Positions 1 through 12,540 of a stretch of DNA of 64,000 nt are shown piece after piece (the stretch's first letter is position 1; each line of letters begins with the position of its first letter). This DNA comes from Lama glama (Eukaryota). The stretch covers positions 94,056,001 to 94,120,000 of the forward strand of contig CM052816.1 in the NCBI GenBank assembly GCA_028534125.1. Direction: 5' to 3'. The notes beneath the pieces are model-generated. The model was not told the origin of the DNA. It did no database searches and saw nothing but the letters and a program-made list of their open reading frames with translations. Position numbers and translations under genes: made by a program.

Positions 1-203
1 TCTCCAGCCACTGCCAGCTGCTTTATTCCTTATGCAGATACACCAGCTAACCTCTGCTTCTTCCAACAGTGTTGAGGGGGTGGGCAGGGAGAAAGCAGCT
101 ACTTCTCCAAATTTCTCTCTCTTTAGTGGCCCTAATGTTTGTTCCCTGGTTTCTCATTCTCGTCCATCCACCTCCTCAGCTTTCCCTTGTGTGTTTTTCA
201 CTA

Positions 204-755
204 TGTAGGGTTTGATCAGAGGCTCAGAAGTACTATGAATAACATTAACTAGGGCATTGATTGTGGAGATTAAGCCTCACACAGTCCTTTGTGGGAGCTC
301 ACAAAGAGGTCTTTGGAAGGCATCTAGCTACGATGATGAGCCTGGAGCCATATGAATCCAAAAAAGAGTTAGATACATGGCAGGGAAACACAAAAACAAA
401 TTCAAACCCAAGAGGACAATCTGAACCCCCAAGAACAAAGGGGAATCTGTGTCAGTCTCTCACTGCCTCCAACCTTGGCCATGAAATGACCTGCAGAAGA
501 ATCTGGTGACCTTCCCACAGACACCTGGCCCGACTGGGTAGAACCTGAAGGAAGGGCACCTGGCCGGGCGAATGAGCCCGCAGATCAGCAAGGATACGTG
601 TGAGCTACAGCACTTCCGCCTCCCACTGAGACCTTCCGACTTTACTGACTGCTGCCCCATTTTGCCTTCAGATACTGCACATCCTTCTCTAATCCAGTGC
701 ATCTGGTAAAGGGGATTCTGGAAAAATAGCTAAGTTGACACAGTTGAGCACCACC
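204..755 (-). mobile_element. ERVL-class LTR, LTR41-like (3' LTR of a minus-strand provirus)
   Basis: Minus strand starts GGTGGTGCTCAACTGTGTCAACTTAGCTA..TTCCAGAATCCCCTT. It contains TGCTGTAGCTCACACG..GCTGATCTGC and GGTTGGAGGCAGTGAGAGAC and ends ..CTGATCAAACCCTACA, matching the recalled LTR41 consensus. It directly abuts ERVL internal sequence. Confidence 0.75.
488..613 (+). pseudogene. Degenerate APOA4-like coding fragment embedded in the LTR
   Basis: 488-514 translates DLQKNLVTF (APOA4: DLQKKLVPF). 522-553 gives HLA..D..LKE with frameshifts (APOA4: RLAKDSEKLKE). 572-613 gives MSPQISKDTCELQH (APOA4: VSQKIGDNLRELQQ). The three blocks are colinear. Confidence 0.7.
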
Positions 756-1289
756 GGTCAACCTGCTACCCTGGCCCCTGTGCACATCTCTTTTAATCAC
801 CCTTGATTTTCAAGTGAATAAAATTAGGCTGTCACCTGCCATGTTTCTGCTTTTTCTCATACACTGAGGACATTTCAACTGCTCCCCAAAGAGAATGCAC
901 AGTCACATTACACACCTTTGGATGAGGTTCACTGCTCTTTTAGCTGAGTCACACCCCCTTTAATATGCTGAAGACTAAATACTAATATAGAAGACTATCT
1001 ACTACTCACATTTCTATGTGAGATGACAGGATATGGGAGAAGGGGGAAGCTGGTTAATTGCACAGTAATACATAAATACCAAAATAAGGGAGAAATACTC
1101 ATACTATTACAGTCTCATTTCCACAATTGGTCACGTGGTCATAGCTCTTACAAATTCACCCTCTCATCATCCATGCCTTATTTTCTCCACCATCTGTAAG
1201 CATCTTGGTGTGGTGCTTTGTCTGATGGGGTGACCCAAATCATCTTCATTTCTGAAGGTTCCAGTCCTGGCTCTTTTGTGTTTCTGTAG

Positions 1290-2026
1290 TTTTCCATTGA
1301 TTGTCATCCAGGACATGGGACTACTAAGAGGTGTCCCAGGGGACATCTAATATTCGACACATGTCCCGTTACTCTTACTATAAAGTAGCAACCCAATGCT
1401 TCTTTGATAAGAGGGTATTGATTTTCTGCAGCCAGTACAGTAACCCTTTCCTGAGTGTAAGTTACCCACTGTTGCCAAATGTCAGTTTCTTCATCCATTT
1501 TTTATTAAAATAAACTTTTTAAAATCTTAGCATACTTTACCTTTGTGGAAATGTTTAGAGTGTTTCTGTATATCGCGCTATGCTAGCAGCTTGCCCTAGT
1601 AGGGTGCATCTGTCACAATGAAGAAACCAATATTGATGTATTATTATAACCAAAGTTTATTCAAATGCCGTTAGTTTTTCCCTCATGTCTTTCTTTTCTT
1701 CCAGGACCCCGTCCAGGATACCACATTGCATTAATTTTCATGTCTCCTGAGCCTCCTCTTGGCTGTGACAGTTTCTCAGCCTCTTTGTTCTAATGACTTT
1801 GAGGAGTCATTCGGTGCTTTTCAGGACTACTGGTCAGGTACTTTGTAGGTATTTTGTAGAATGTTCCTCAACAGGCATTTGTCTGATGTTTTTATCATGA
1901 TTAGACTGAGGTTGTATGTTTTTGTGAGGAAGACAATTTTAGAGCAGAGACTTTCCATTTTAATGGAAACAGTGCTAAGCTGTGTCCCCTGCTGGCATTG
2001 TTCCTCCTTGGGAGTAAGACCTCTAG
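1290..2026 (-). pseudogene. Fossil ERVL dUTPase (split, frameshifted)
   Basis: ORF 1304..1498 has RVTVLAA and PLGHLLVVPCP, versus ERVL GVTVLAG and PLGRLLVLPCP. The segment at about 1950-2026 gives LEVLLP..FPLKWK, versus LEVLVP..IPLNWK. Confidence 0.75.
1495..1935 (-). mobile_element. Old L1 3' end fragment (L1MC-type) inserted into the ERVL dUTPase
   Basis: Contains TTCCAGGA..CCAGGATACCACATTGCATT..TGTGACAGTTTCTCAG and ACTGGTCAGGTA..TTGTAGAATG..CATGATTAGACTGAGGTT, typical of the L1MC 3' UTR in antisense. T-rich left end. Confidence 0.8.
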
Positions 2027-2459
2027 ACACCAGATGTTGTCTTTTGGATACCCTACTCTGAGACGTGCGTAGTTGAGTGTGTTAACATAATGTCAATGTC
2101 ACCCTAAGGAATCGACTCTTTTCAACTTGTGATGAAAATTTAAGCATAAAAGTGATCCTTCCCTACAAAGTATGCATAATTTAATCTGCTGAGCCAATCA
2201 TCAAACATCTAATCTAAAACGAATTTTGTGTTCAGTTTATATTTTTAAAGGAGACTCTAATGAGAGTAAAACTATGACCGATCTTAAAAGAAATGTGAAC
2301 GAGGCCATGTTTTCAATATTTCGGTCCATCTGAAAGTCTCTTTAATCATTCAATTGGGTTAGAAGATGAAAAGTATCTTGATCTTGATTCCTAATTTCGT
2401 TTAGAAAAGGGAGAAAACTAGAGCTGCTCAAAGATAATTAAAAAAAATAATAAACACAC

Positions 2460-2924
2460 TATTCTGTTTGAATTGTGTCTCCCTACAGAGATACGCTGAA
2501 GTCCAAAGCCCCAGGACTTCAGGCTGTGACACTTTTGCAAATAGGGTCTTTACACAGCTAATCAAGTAACAAAGAGGCCATTAGTGTGGGCCTTAATCCA
2601 GTATGGTGTCTTATAAGAGGGAGAAATTTGAGCAAAAAGACAGGAAATTATGGAGGGAAAATGATGTGAAGGCACATAGGGAGAAAATGACCATGTGAGT
2701 GGAGTGTGTCTACAAGCCAAGCAATGGCAAGGAACGCTGGCAAACACCAAATGCTGGGACAGGCAAGGAAGGATTCACCCCCATAACCTTCAGAGGGAGC
2801 ATGGCCCTACTGACATCTTGATTTCAGGCTTCTGGCCTCCAGAACTGTGAGAAAATGTCTGTCTATTGTTTTAAGCCACCAACAGTGTGTTACTTTGTTA
2901 CAGCAGCCCCACAGAACTCATACA
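2460..2924 (+). mobile_element. MaLR solo LTR (MLT1B/MLT1C-like)
   Basis: Starts ..TTGAATTGTGTCTCCC, contains AATAGGGTCTTT and GGGCCTTAATCCA, and ends TTTAAGCCACC..TTTGTTACAGCAGCCC..ATACA. Flanks CACAC/CATAC are a 4/5 TSD. Confidence 0.9.
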
Positions 2925-3989
2925 CATACTTAAGCAGAAAGTAAAAATTAAAAATATTATAAACATATATTCCTAACATTGCTATATTTATATATTCCTA
3001 TGTAATTTCCCACATATATTTTCTTCCTAATCATGATTTTAAAGACTATGGAGATACAAATGGTAATTCACAATTCCAAGCAAGTCCAAAGCAGCCCTTT
3101 GGCCGTCAGGCACACAAATCTGCTGGAGAGATGAAAATCAAAACTTCCCATTTGGTTTTAAGTACTTTTGCATTAATATGATTAATACCTTGAATACTTC
3201 TGTTAGGCATGAAAAACTAAAAACAGCAATATATATTTATGGCATTATGTTTAGTGCCAAAACTGAAAATTAAATATATATATACTCTGCAAATTTTAGA
3301 ATTTCACAATAATGTTCCGGTAAGTAGAGCTTCCAGGGACCATGTTCTAATCTACTTTTATGCCTCCAAAATATGTAAAATCCCAAATGCAGCTGGAAAG
3401 AATAAAAAGAAATCAGTATATTCCAGATTATGGAAGGATTTTATACAATACTCTTCATAATATTTCTTTTACTTGTGAATTAAATCAGCCTGATTTAACA
3501 CCTTTTTAACATCTCTCTGCTAGGAGTTAGGAGTGCAATGTGAAAGCAAAACAACAAATACAAAAAAAGCAAAATGAAGCAAAACAGAACACTGTACAAT
3601 CGCTTACACAAGCTTCGACCTTGACAATTTCATTGTGTAATCAAGAATAATTTGTGAAACCGATGAAATATACACTAGCTTACCTGGAAGAGTTTGCTAG
3701 TCGGGAACTTTAAACTTGACATTTAATGATTTTCTTTCTTTCATGAAGGAAAAGTGTCTTAGTTATGGGTAAAACAAACAAACGAATGAACAAAGCGATC
3801 ACACGTAATGAGTTTGTTATTCATCAAAATAATTAATACCCCCCAAATGACTCATTTAGAGAGCCCATTTCAAGGCTAAACACTGTCAGTCAGTAATTAA
3901 AGTTAACATTATGTGTTTACGATGAAATAAACTGTGTTAGCTAATTAATCTTCAATGTTCACTACTGAGATGCCATTTTTTTTAATAAT

Positions 3990-4110
3990 CTTCAAATGAG
4001 GAAATTGAAGTAGGAGGGATTAAGTAAATTTCCCAAACTTATACGTCATGTAAATGAAGACCCAGAATTTGCTTCCAAACCTACACTGTGCCACCTGCCA
4101 TGAGCTTAAC
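3990..4110 (-). mobile_element. MIR SINE fragment
   Basis: CAAATGAGGAAATTGAAG..TTAAGTAAATTTCCCAA resembles the antisense MIR core. Confidence 0.6.
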
Positions 4111-4904
4111 ATATTAGTGGAACAATGCCAGAGTCAACATGTACAAAGAACTTTGTTTTCATTACACATGGAAAGATTGGTGAATAAAAAGAAGTTTCAG
4201 AGTTGTACTTCTTTGTTTTGTTTCATTTTTCTTGGCGTTTATTGTTGCCTGGATTTCCTACGCAAGTATTCTGGGTTCATTTCACAGATACTGTTTCATT
4301 TTAGATAACATTTTTCCATTATCTATTTGTGGATTATAAATATACTCATTTCAATGTTTCCCTGATACTTTCAGTTTTTACAGTCCTTTCTGGATTAAAT
4401 TTGTTGTGCTTCTTGTCTGCGTTACGTGTTATTAGTTTTCTGTGTACAAGCAAATATCAAGGGGGATGTTTTGTATTTGTATTTGAAGATAACATTGAAG
4501 ATGCTCTGGTGGTTTTTGTAATTCTGTTTTCCAGATCATCTGAGTCCCACAATTCTGAACAGGTTCTAAATTGGTAGTTTAGGGGCTACAAATTCCACAG
4601 GGCTGATGGAAACGTGTCCCCAAGACAGAGATTACCCGCTCCAGTATCCAGCTGGGGGCAGTCTCTGCTCTTTCTGCAATTTTGTCTTCAAGGTGGGAAC
4701 TCCACTGCAGTCCCTTCCTTCTCTCAATGGTCTTGGGTAGATTTGTTGTCCTCCCCTACTTCCCTGTCCATAAAAATACTTCGGTTAATGAGGAACATGA
4801 TCCTGCTTTTGATACATTTAGACAAAAGTTTATTTATATATATAACATATAATATGTGATAAACTTATAAATACATATATTATATGTACTATATAACACA
4901 ATAT

Positions 4905-5075
4905 TGTGCTTGTTAAACATGTTTATATCAGACATATAATGTTTCTAATGCTTTCATACATTTTGTCATTTTTCCTCGCAAAAAATAATTCTTCATAGAT
5001 GAAAAGATTGTTTTGAGAACTTAAATAAATTTCCCTGTAACACAATTTGAATAAGTGGCAGTTCTAGAATTCTAT
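4905..5075 (-). mobile_element. MIR SINE fragment (highly degenerate)
   Basis: ATGCTTTCATACATT..ATAGATGAAAAGATTG..TTAAATAAATTTCCC..TAAGTGGCAG follows MIR antisense order. Confidence 0.5.
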
Positions 5076-6112
5076 GCTTCTCCTCCATGACTTTCTTGGT
5101 TTGGCTTAAATTTTAAGGTAATTAAATGGAATAAAGATTACTTGATCATTGGTTTACTAACTTGTGATTCAAAGTTGATTATTTCTTGGAAAATAAATCT
5201 ATCATAAGTCAACTGTCAGTGGTACGAATCACACAACAAGTAGTCCTCTGAGACAGTAAATTGACTAGCCTGAGTCAGAGACCCTTACAATCTTCCATAT
5301 GAGCAACTCAATCCATCAGCAAGAAAATAAACCAAGAAAACTGTCCACCAGCACTTCAGCAGCCTGAAAACACTGTACTTTATATTCAGTTACTTCTTTG
5401 CAGCTTTCTGAAAATTGTTCCACAGTAATTTTCCAAATGTTGAGCAGTGAAAAATTGTTTTTATACATATATATGTAAATACATACACATATATGCATGT
5501 ATCTTTATACATTTGACTTCTCAAAAATGTTCTGAGGCAAAAAGAGGTAAAGAAATTGCCCAGACACCAAACTAGATATGCAGGATCGCACCCACTGGAA
5601 GCAGAACAAATCTCTACAATTGGCTGGTAATACGACAATGTCGTCCAAGAAAAGACATTGCAAGACATTTTTGTTATAGTTATTTCTGGATGGAGAGCAA
5701 CTTTTCTAAGAATAATGATTTTTTTGTAAATTCGATAGATGTATGAAAATTTCAAGGAAGGGACTAACCAACCAAGGAAACTGTATACATACAGACACAT
5801 GTATGTATGCATTAAATACAATCACATGAATAAACCTTAGTTACTATGTGATGGAGACAGTTACATACATCTTTCTATGGAGAAAAATATATGTAAGAGT
5901 ATGAATGAATGAATGTATAGATAGAAATATAGATGGAGAGAGAGAATATAGATATACATTTAACATAAAGGAGCATAAGAATAAATGTAAATAATATTAT
6001 ATATGTTATTTTTGAATAAAGATCTTAAACTTAAGATTACTTAAATATAGTATGTAGTTATTAAAGTTAAAAAGAATTTTTAAAATTCAGATAAATGCTT
6101 CTCAGCAAAAGA

Positions 6113-6310
6113 CATATAGTGTTGCATCAATTAAAGCCACCTAAGTTCCCACATTCTAAGCTCTTTGAAATCAGAATGGCTTTATAGCTGAGACCATCTT
6201 AATAATATGTCAGAGTTTATTTGTCTCCTTTATTTTTCTTCATTAGTGCTGCTTAAAATAACAGTGCACCTTCTAATTAATGATTTCCTAATGTTAATGA
6301 AATCTAATAT
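6113..6310. mobile_element. Short Tigger12/13-like DNA transposon remnant
   Basis: CACATTCTAA..TGAAATCAGAATG and TTAGTGCTGCTTAAAATAACAGTGCACCTT..GATGAAAT-like end resemble Tigger13a subterminal sequence. Confidence 0.45.
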
Positions 6311-6369
6311 TAGTGATTAAATGATTCCTCCTTCATTAAAGAAAAAAGTGCTTATGAAAAATATCAAGT

Positions 6370-6485
6370 GATCAGAATCTTCCATTCTTTTGCCAAGGAT
6401 ATCCATTTTTCCCAACATAATTTGTTGAAGGGACTATCCTTTCCCCATCGTATACGTGGCACCCTTATCAAAGAGCAGTTACTAT
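6370..6485 (-). mobile_element. L1 ORF2 fragment
   Basis: GGATATCCATTTTTCCCAACATAATTTGTTGAAGGGACTATCCTTTCCCCAT is the antisense L1 ORF2 region (KDSLFNKWCWENW). Confidence 0.85.
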
Positions 6486-7214
6486 CTCATTCATTGTCAA
6501 CTTGGTCTCTCGAGTGCATGATCTGTCCCTGCATGACACACACGTAGACTCGGTGTCTCATTGACCTAATGCAGGATCACAGGAGAAGACTCCTGGGGTT
6601 CACACACTTAATCTTGAAGAAATGTCCTTCCTCCTCAAGATCTGAGGGTCTGTGTCAGTTTTCAGCTTTCTTCTTCATCTTGATCCACATTCCACTTCAT
6701 TTGTTATGTTTACTCTGTAGTTTTCATTTAAGAGTTGCATCATTCCATGTTCCCACTAAAGATATTTTCTGTAATATCTGTCATCATTTTGTTGGGTTTT
6801 GGTGGGTCTTGTAGGAATGCCTGGAATTAATTAGCCTTTATTTCAGTATAATTAACCAAATGTCTCTTATTTAATGAAAAATATTCAAAATATAATTTCC
6901 TTTTAAAACAAACTTGGATTTATAATGCTGTAGTACATGTAAAATACAGGCGAAATGTATTTCATGAGTTTTCAAAGAAATTTTCAATTTAGAACTTCTA
7001 TTTTATGCACTTTTCCAGTCAGTGTTAATTCTGAGTAAATTATGAAGAAATGCTGCACTACCATGAGATTCAGAAATTGCTCCTTTCTAGAAGCAGCTCC
7101 TATAGATTTCCTTGACGTGTTTGTTTTCTCCTTTGCTTATATTACTTTTCATCCTCTCCCTGAAAAGAATTTCTCTTAAATGTTTTGTCTCCAAGTCTCT
7201 GTTTATTTCACTTA

Positions 7215-7440
7215 AAATGCTGTCCCTACCCCTTTGCTTGGCTACTTACATAATCTAACATTTCACTTTTCTGTCTCCTCTTCTGGATAAACTACCCTCA
7301 TCCCCAAGTCCATGACTATCACTAGACGGTAAATCCTTGAATATGTCTGCAGTTCCTAACAAGACAAGGGCAATTAAAAGCTTCTATGTAAATAAATCTC
7401 AAATATTAAACAAATAAATTAAAAGGCAGATGAATGAATT
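7215..7440 (+). mobile_element. L2 LINE 3' fragment
   Basis: CACTAGACGGTAAATCCTTGA followed by an ATGAATGAA tail. Confidence 0.55.
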
Positions 7441-7679
7441 TTGTGTTTACTGTTGGTGGTAGTCTCTGTGATGTGATGTTTAGACACCCATGTAGGAATA
7501 AGGTTTTATTCTGATGGCCATTGGGAATTCTGACACAGTAGAGCCCCTGCCGGTGCTCTTTTTGGATTGCTCAATTGAAAATAACCTTTCCACCAAGGTG
7601 ACAAATCCTTGAAGAGCAGCCTGCATCCTGTGAATAATCAAAATTAGAGGCTCAGTAATTAATTTGAGAAGTGGCCCTG

Positions 7680-8170
7680 TTTAGCAGGGAGGAGCAGAGA
7701 CTCTGGAGTTGGGTAGCATGGATTCAAACCACATTTTTGCTGCTAGCTTGCAAGACCTTGAGCAAGCAACCAAACAAATGACCTTCTCCATCTCGGTTTC
7801 CTCATCTTTGATGTAGTGATCACCAAAGTCTGTCTCTCACAGGGCTAAGTGGGAGTAGAGATGGGGAGGGAGAGGTGGAAGGATAAATTGGGAGTTTGGG
7901 ATTTGCAGGTACTAACTACTATATATAAAATAGATAAACAACAAGGTCCTGCTATATATCACAAGTAACTATATTCAATATCTTTTAAGAGCCTATAGTG
8001 GAAAAGTATATGATAAGGAATATATACATATGTATAACTGAATCGGTATGCTGTACACAGAAACTGACACAACATTGTAAATTGATTGTACTCCAACTTA
8101 AAATAAAAAAACAGAAAAAAAGAGTTAATATGTGAAGTTATCTGAACCATACCTGACACAGGGCAACCAA
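7680..8170 (+). mobile_element. MIR SINE split by a young L1 3' end
   Basis: GACTCTGGAGT..GGATTCAAA..GACCTTGAGCAAG..CTCGGTTTCCTCATCT lies before 7850. The MIR 3' part GAGTTAATATGTGAAG..CCTGACACA resumes at about 8121. Confidence 0.75.
7860..8121 (+). mobile_element. Young cetartiodactyl-type L1 3' UTR end (5'-truncated)
   Basis: GGATAAATTGGGAGTTTGGGATTTGCAG..ATAAACAACAAGGTCCT..ATAACTGAATC..GCTGTACAC..AACATTGTAAAT followed by an A-rich tail. Confidence 0.9.
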
Positions 8171-11100
8171 AAGAAGACAAATAAAAGAAAAAAAAGATAA
8201 CACATTACTTCTAAGATGTTGCAATATTCCTCTAAAACACAGGTCACTTCTTTCTAAAACTTATCTCGCTATGTGGTTTTATATTGTAATTTGTGATATT
8301 AATGTAAAAATTGTAGAGAGAATAGTGTCAGTCATTCAGTCACCATTGATGGTCTTATTTTACCAAATTGATATTTCTTAGGAAAACTTACAATGTTAAA
8401 AAGATATGTTATACTATTAAAAACAAAACTATTGAACATACTTGGTCTGCTTCTATTTTGTAGTTTCTACTCTAATTTTGGGTTAGAAATAAATGATGAA
8501 ACCGTAACATCCTAAAATATTGTTTGACTTGCTGTTCACTCTTTAAGAGCAAATTAGAACATTAACTTCAAATTTACACCTCATGACAACACTAACTAAT
8601 GCAATCTCTTAGTTTGCACCTTCAAAAAATTGTAGTTAAAAAATGTAATTGTTGTGTAAAAGTTACAAATTGAAAAATTAGTCCAATAAGTTATTTACAC
8701 AGAATTTATACATACACGAAAACTGATTAGCATATTCCTTAAAAGTTGTAACTATTTATAAGAGAACATTAGACAGTTTAAGGAAAACAGCTTGTATGAA
8801 AGCAAATATGAGTTTACACTTTGACACATTAATTACTCTTTGGAAGGAAGAGTGGGATTTTTAAATATACTTTTTTTTATTTTGAGTCAGAGATAGATGA
8901 CTTGCTTTGTCTGATATTACCTGGTAACAGTGAATTAACAGTTTTCAAATAGATCATTCTAAAGATCTCTGGGAGTTACACAAGGTCAATGAGTCGATAT
9001 AGTTTCCTTCTCAATTCTAAACCATTAGGAAGTAATTTAGATGTCTGGTAGATTTATTGCCAATTATTTCAAAATCGTCTGTGTTGACCGTAAGGAATTC
9101 ATGCAGATGATGGTGCTATATGATTGCTGCCAGACAGTAAGAAAGGCTGAAACCAATAGGATCATTAGTTCATCCACTGGAAGGATTACGGAAAGTTTAG
9201 AGACAGGTGGACCCAAAAAAGGAAGAAAGAGATGAACAAACTTGTGCTTTACAAGTAATTTTTAGTATTATGATAATTTATCAAATATAAGGGTTAAATA
9301 TTACAAGAACCTCTGTTGCCCAGGTATTAAACGTCAGGACACCCATTTCCCCCAAGTTTAATTATGACTCTAATAACAACCTGGTTAATTTCTCCAAAGA
9401 CCATGTGTTTCCATCAGAGGCAGGAGAAACTGTCAGTTCATGTAAATTGTTGACTTATAGCAGTAGACAACTCAACCTACCACAGCAGCAACACAAGTTT
9501 CAGTAACTAACCCATTTTATGAAAAAATTAATTAAACTATAAAATGCAGGCTCTCATCCCATCATTTCAGGTTGAAGTGGATCATTACAAAACCAAACAG
9601 ATTTGAACCTTCATGGTAGCTGATGAGTAATTCAAGTGAGTGGCAATAAAAAGTAATTATATTTGAATTAAGGGGAGAAATCATTTCAACCCAGGAAAAG
9701 GAATATTAATAACCTCACTTAATATCAAGTTGTGTAAATATTCTCCCACTAAAAGACCTAGAGGCTGTAAAAAAAAGCAGTGCCCATGTCACAGAGGACA
9801 CAGAACTGCCCTGAAGCAGTACCTACACTGCCCAGATACGCTGGATAATGTTCTTTTTGTACAAGACATGAAGAAGAAAATAAGCAATAAAGTATCATTT
9901 ACTAACACTTTCTAGTTGGAGAAGAAAAAGACTGGGCTTGCAGGTGGCATTACCATCCTTCCTAACTTATCAGCTGAGGTGAAATAAATGACCAGGTCAC
10001 TCAGTCCCACTGAGGCAGAATGGCCTCTCCCGTAGCCCCTGCCCTGTCCACCGGGAGGAGAGTGTGTGTGCCCGCAGCTCCTGGCAGGCCCACAATTTGG
10101 GGCAGATCTGCTGCACACACCTCCCCTTCGAAATGAAAAAAGTTGACCCTGGGGAAACGGGTGAGGTTCGCACTTTAATTTCATTAGAAATTCAAAATGT
10201 GTCACTGAGCTGGGGAGTAGAGAAAAAGTGAGTGTCTTAGTGAGATGGTGAGAATGGACATATTCGATTTATAGCTAAAGAAATGTAAGCAGATTGCTTT
10301 CAGGTTCATACGCTACATGGAGCCAGGTGTGTGGCTTAGAAAATCATCCACTGAGGAGAATTATTTATAACAGTCATGCTACTGTCAGTGGGTTCTGTGG
10401 GGCTGGTCTCTATGTGACATTGGAAACCGTGTCTTTAAAATGGTGACCAGAGTGTTTTTTTAAGTACACAAAAACTTTTCTCTCATAAGTACCTTAGTTT
10501 CAGTTTCCTGCCCAAATCCATTTTATATAGATAAATGAAAGAAAAATTAATGCTGTCCAAGGGATCACAATTAAGTGTATATGTGAAACATGAATTTCAC
10601 AATTTAAAAATGCACACATAAAACATAACTATTATCAGAGAAACACAATAGACTCCCTGAGATGGAGATAAAAGGATATTCATAGGAGACATTTAGCTGT
10701 TTGCTCAGCGGTGCTTGCTGAATTGACCATTTGTGTAATTGTCTTATATGCCAAAGTGACAGAAACATAACTGTCCCCTCTCTCAAAGGACAAGGGTATG
10801 GCCTTTATGTACAACCTTATATAAACTTCAGTTGAATGAACAGATTTAAATTACGTATCTGACCTGGGCCTCATATAATTTCAAAAAAGAAATCAGGAAT
10901 TTATTAAATTCCCTCTATTCTGCTCTCAAAGCCCATAATTAAAAACTCTGATCTTGAGAATCCTCAATAAATATTTATTAAATGAATAAAAGGGGAAAAA
11001 AAAGACTTTAGTCAAATGCTGTAACCTAAATCATACAGTAAAATTTTTTTGAATCCCATGAAGGTTTTATAATAGGAATTCATCATCGAATCACATTACT

Positions 11101-11489
11101 AAGCACCCAGGTGTGCAAAGCAGTGGGACGGGTGCTGAGCAGAGCATAATGAAATCAGTATGAAATCAGTTCAATGTTGTCCTGAAAAGAAAAGTTATCA
11201 TTTTAAGTAACATTTGGAGGAATAAAATTCTTACAGTCCACCAGGCATATTCCTTCAAAAAGCAGCATGTGCGCTGTTGGGGGCATAAAGACTTACAGCT
11301 TACAACTAGATGCTCTTAAAACATACACGCTTCTAGATGTGTAACCAGGGAGAACTTGATTTTACTACAGAGTGCTCAAGTTGAACATAAAGTCAATCTC
11401 ATGTTGTCTGGGGCAACTGCCGCGCTTCCTTATTTCCTTATTTAAAGCCCAATCTGAATGGGCAGCGGAAGCTCTTGTTTCATTTTACT

Positions 11490-11995
11490 TGCAGGTGCTT
11501 TCTACCACCCAGCAGGCATCACTCATCCCACGGAGAAGCGGGTCTATATGCTTTCCCTTTGAATCCGGGTGCTTTATAGTTGCAGTGTAATCACAGCACA
11601 TCTGAGGATGAGTCTTAAGGTTGATAAAGCTTCTGTCTGGCTTTCCTGGGATGTGCACACTTGAAACAAAGTCTCTAGGATGCGAAGAAGCCCAAGCAGC
11701 CAAGGAGATGCTCATTCAAGTTCCGTGCACAAAAGAGCTGATACTCCCGCCTCCAGCCATGACTGACAGGGGTGTCCCCATTCAACACTGAACTGCCAAC
11801 CATCTAGGAAGTGGCTCTTCCACCCCCAGCAAAGCCACCCCAGTCAACGTCGTGCAGAGACAAGCCATCCCTGCTGAGCCCTGGCCAAACTGAAGATTCA
11901 TAAGCAAATTAGTATTTCTTTAAAAAAAAGCTACTATAGTCAACCATCTATCCGTGCTATTGTTGGTTTGGTAGGCAGCGGTAGGCATCTGGCCA
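11490..11995 (+). mobile_element. MaLR LTR (MLT1G/H-like)
   Basis: CCCTTTGAATCCGGG, GAAGAAGCCCAAGCAGCC, and GCAGAGACAAGCCATCCCTGCTGAGCCCTGGCCAAACTGAAGATTCATAAGCAAA. Confidence 0.8.
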
Positions 11996-12369
11996 CCAAG
12001 TTTATAGAGATAACATGTGGATGTCTCTGTGGTGTGGGCCTCTGCACCTCTGTGTGTGTGTACATATATATATGCAGGCGGTTTTTCTTTTGTTGAGGGT
12101 TATGTGAGTTATTCATTATCACATGGAAAACAAACAGTCCACACAGGGCATGAAAAATGGCGAGACAGATAAATAACTAGAACATGGAAAAGCTTTCCTG
12201 AATGTCTGTTAACTGCTTCAGATCCCAAAACTTTTCTTTCCACTTTAGCTCAGAGTTCATTGCTGTCTTTGAAATACTTTATATTCCAAGAGTATTAGGC
12301 AGATCAAAATTTAAGTTTGGTATAAGACTGAAAGAGCTCATATAGGCTGGGAGTGAAATAAATAGGCTC

Positions 12370-12540
12370 AAATGAAGGCTTCTCTGAACTGCATTTTTAG
12401 TTTTTTCCTAAATTAGCTGTGTTAAATTGCAAACTAATTAATTTCACCAGATCCCATTTCTTTCATCTATAAAAGGGCATAAAGTTTAGATGAGATAATA
12501 TGCCAGAGACTTCAATCAAATTTATTGAATGGTAGTCATA
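12370..12540 (+). mobile_element. MIR fragment
   Basis: TTAGCTGTGT..CCATTTCTTTCATCTATAAAAGGG..ATGAGATAATAT. Confidence 0.5.

Larger units (their letters stand above)
756..2040 (-). mobile_element. ERVL internal sequence (3' end of provirus), interrupted by an L1MC fragment
   Basis: Nucleotide similarity to the recalled HERVL/ERVL 3' region, e.g. GTGACCCAAA..CTTCATTTCTGAAGG, GTAGTTTTCCATTGA and CAGCCAGTACAGTAAC. The similarity resumes after about 1936 with TTCCATTTTAATGGAA..TAAGACCTCTAG. Confidence 0.8.

Noticed and set aside
3480..3498. Palindrome TTAAATCAG-C-CTGATTTAA (also TACAAATATTTGTA at about 43374-43387)
   Set aside because: AT-rich 7-9-bp arms are about what chance gives in 64 kb, and there is no supporting context.
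4636..4763. Minus-strand exon-like unit (GSRGGQQIYPRPLREGRDCSG..)
   Set aside because: The pyrimidine tract is weak, the peptide is unrecognised, and I found no partner exons. Insufficient support.
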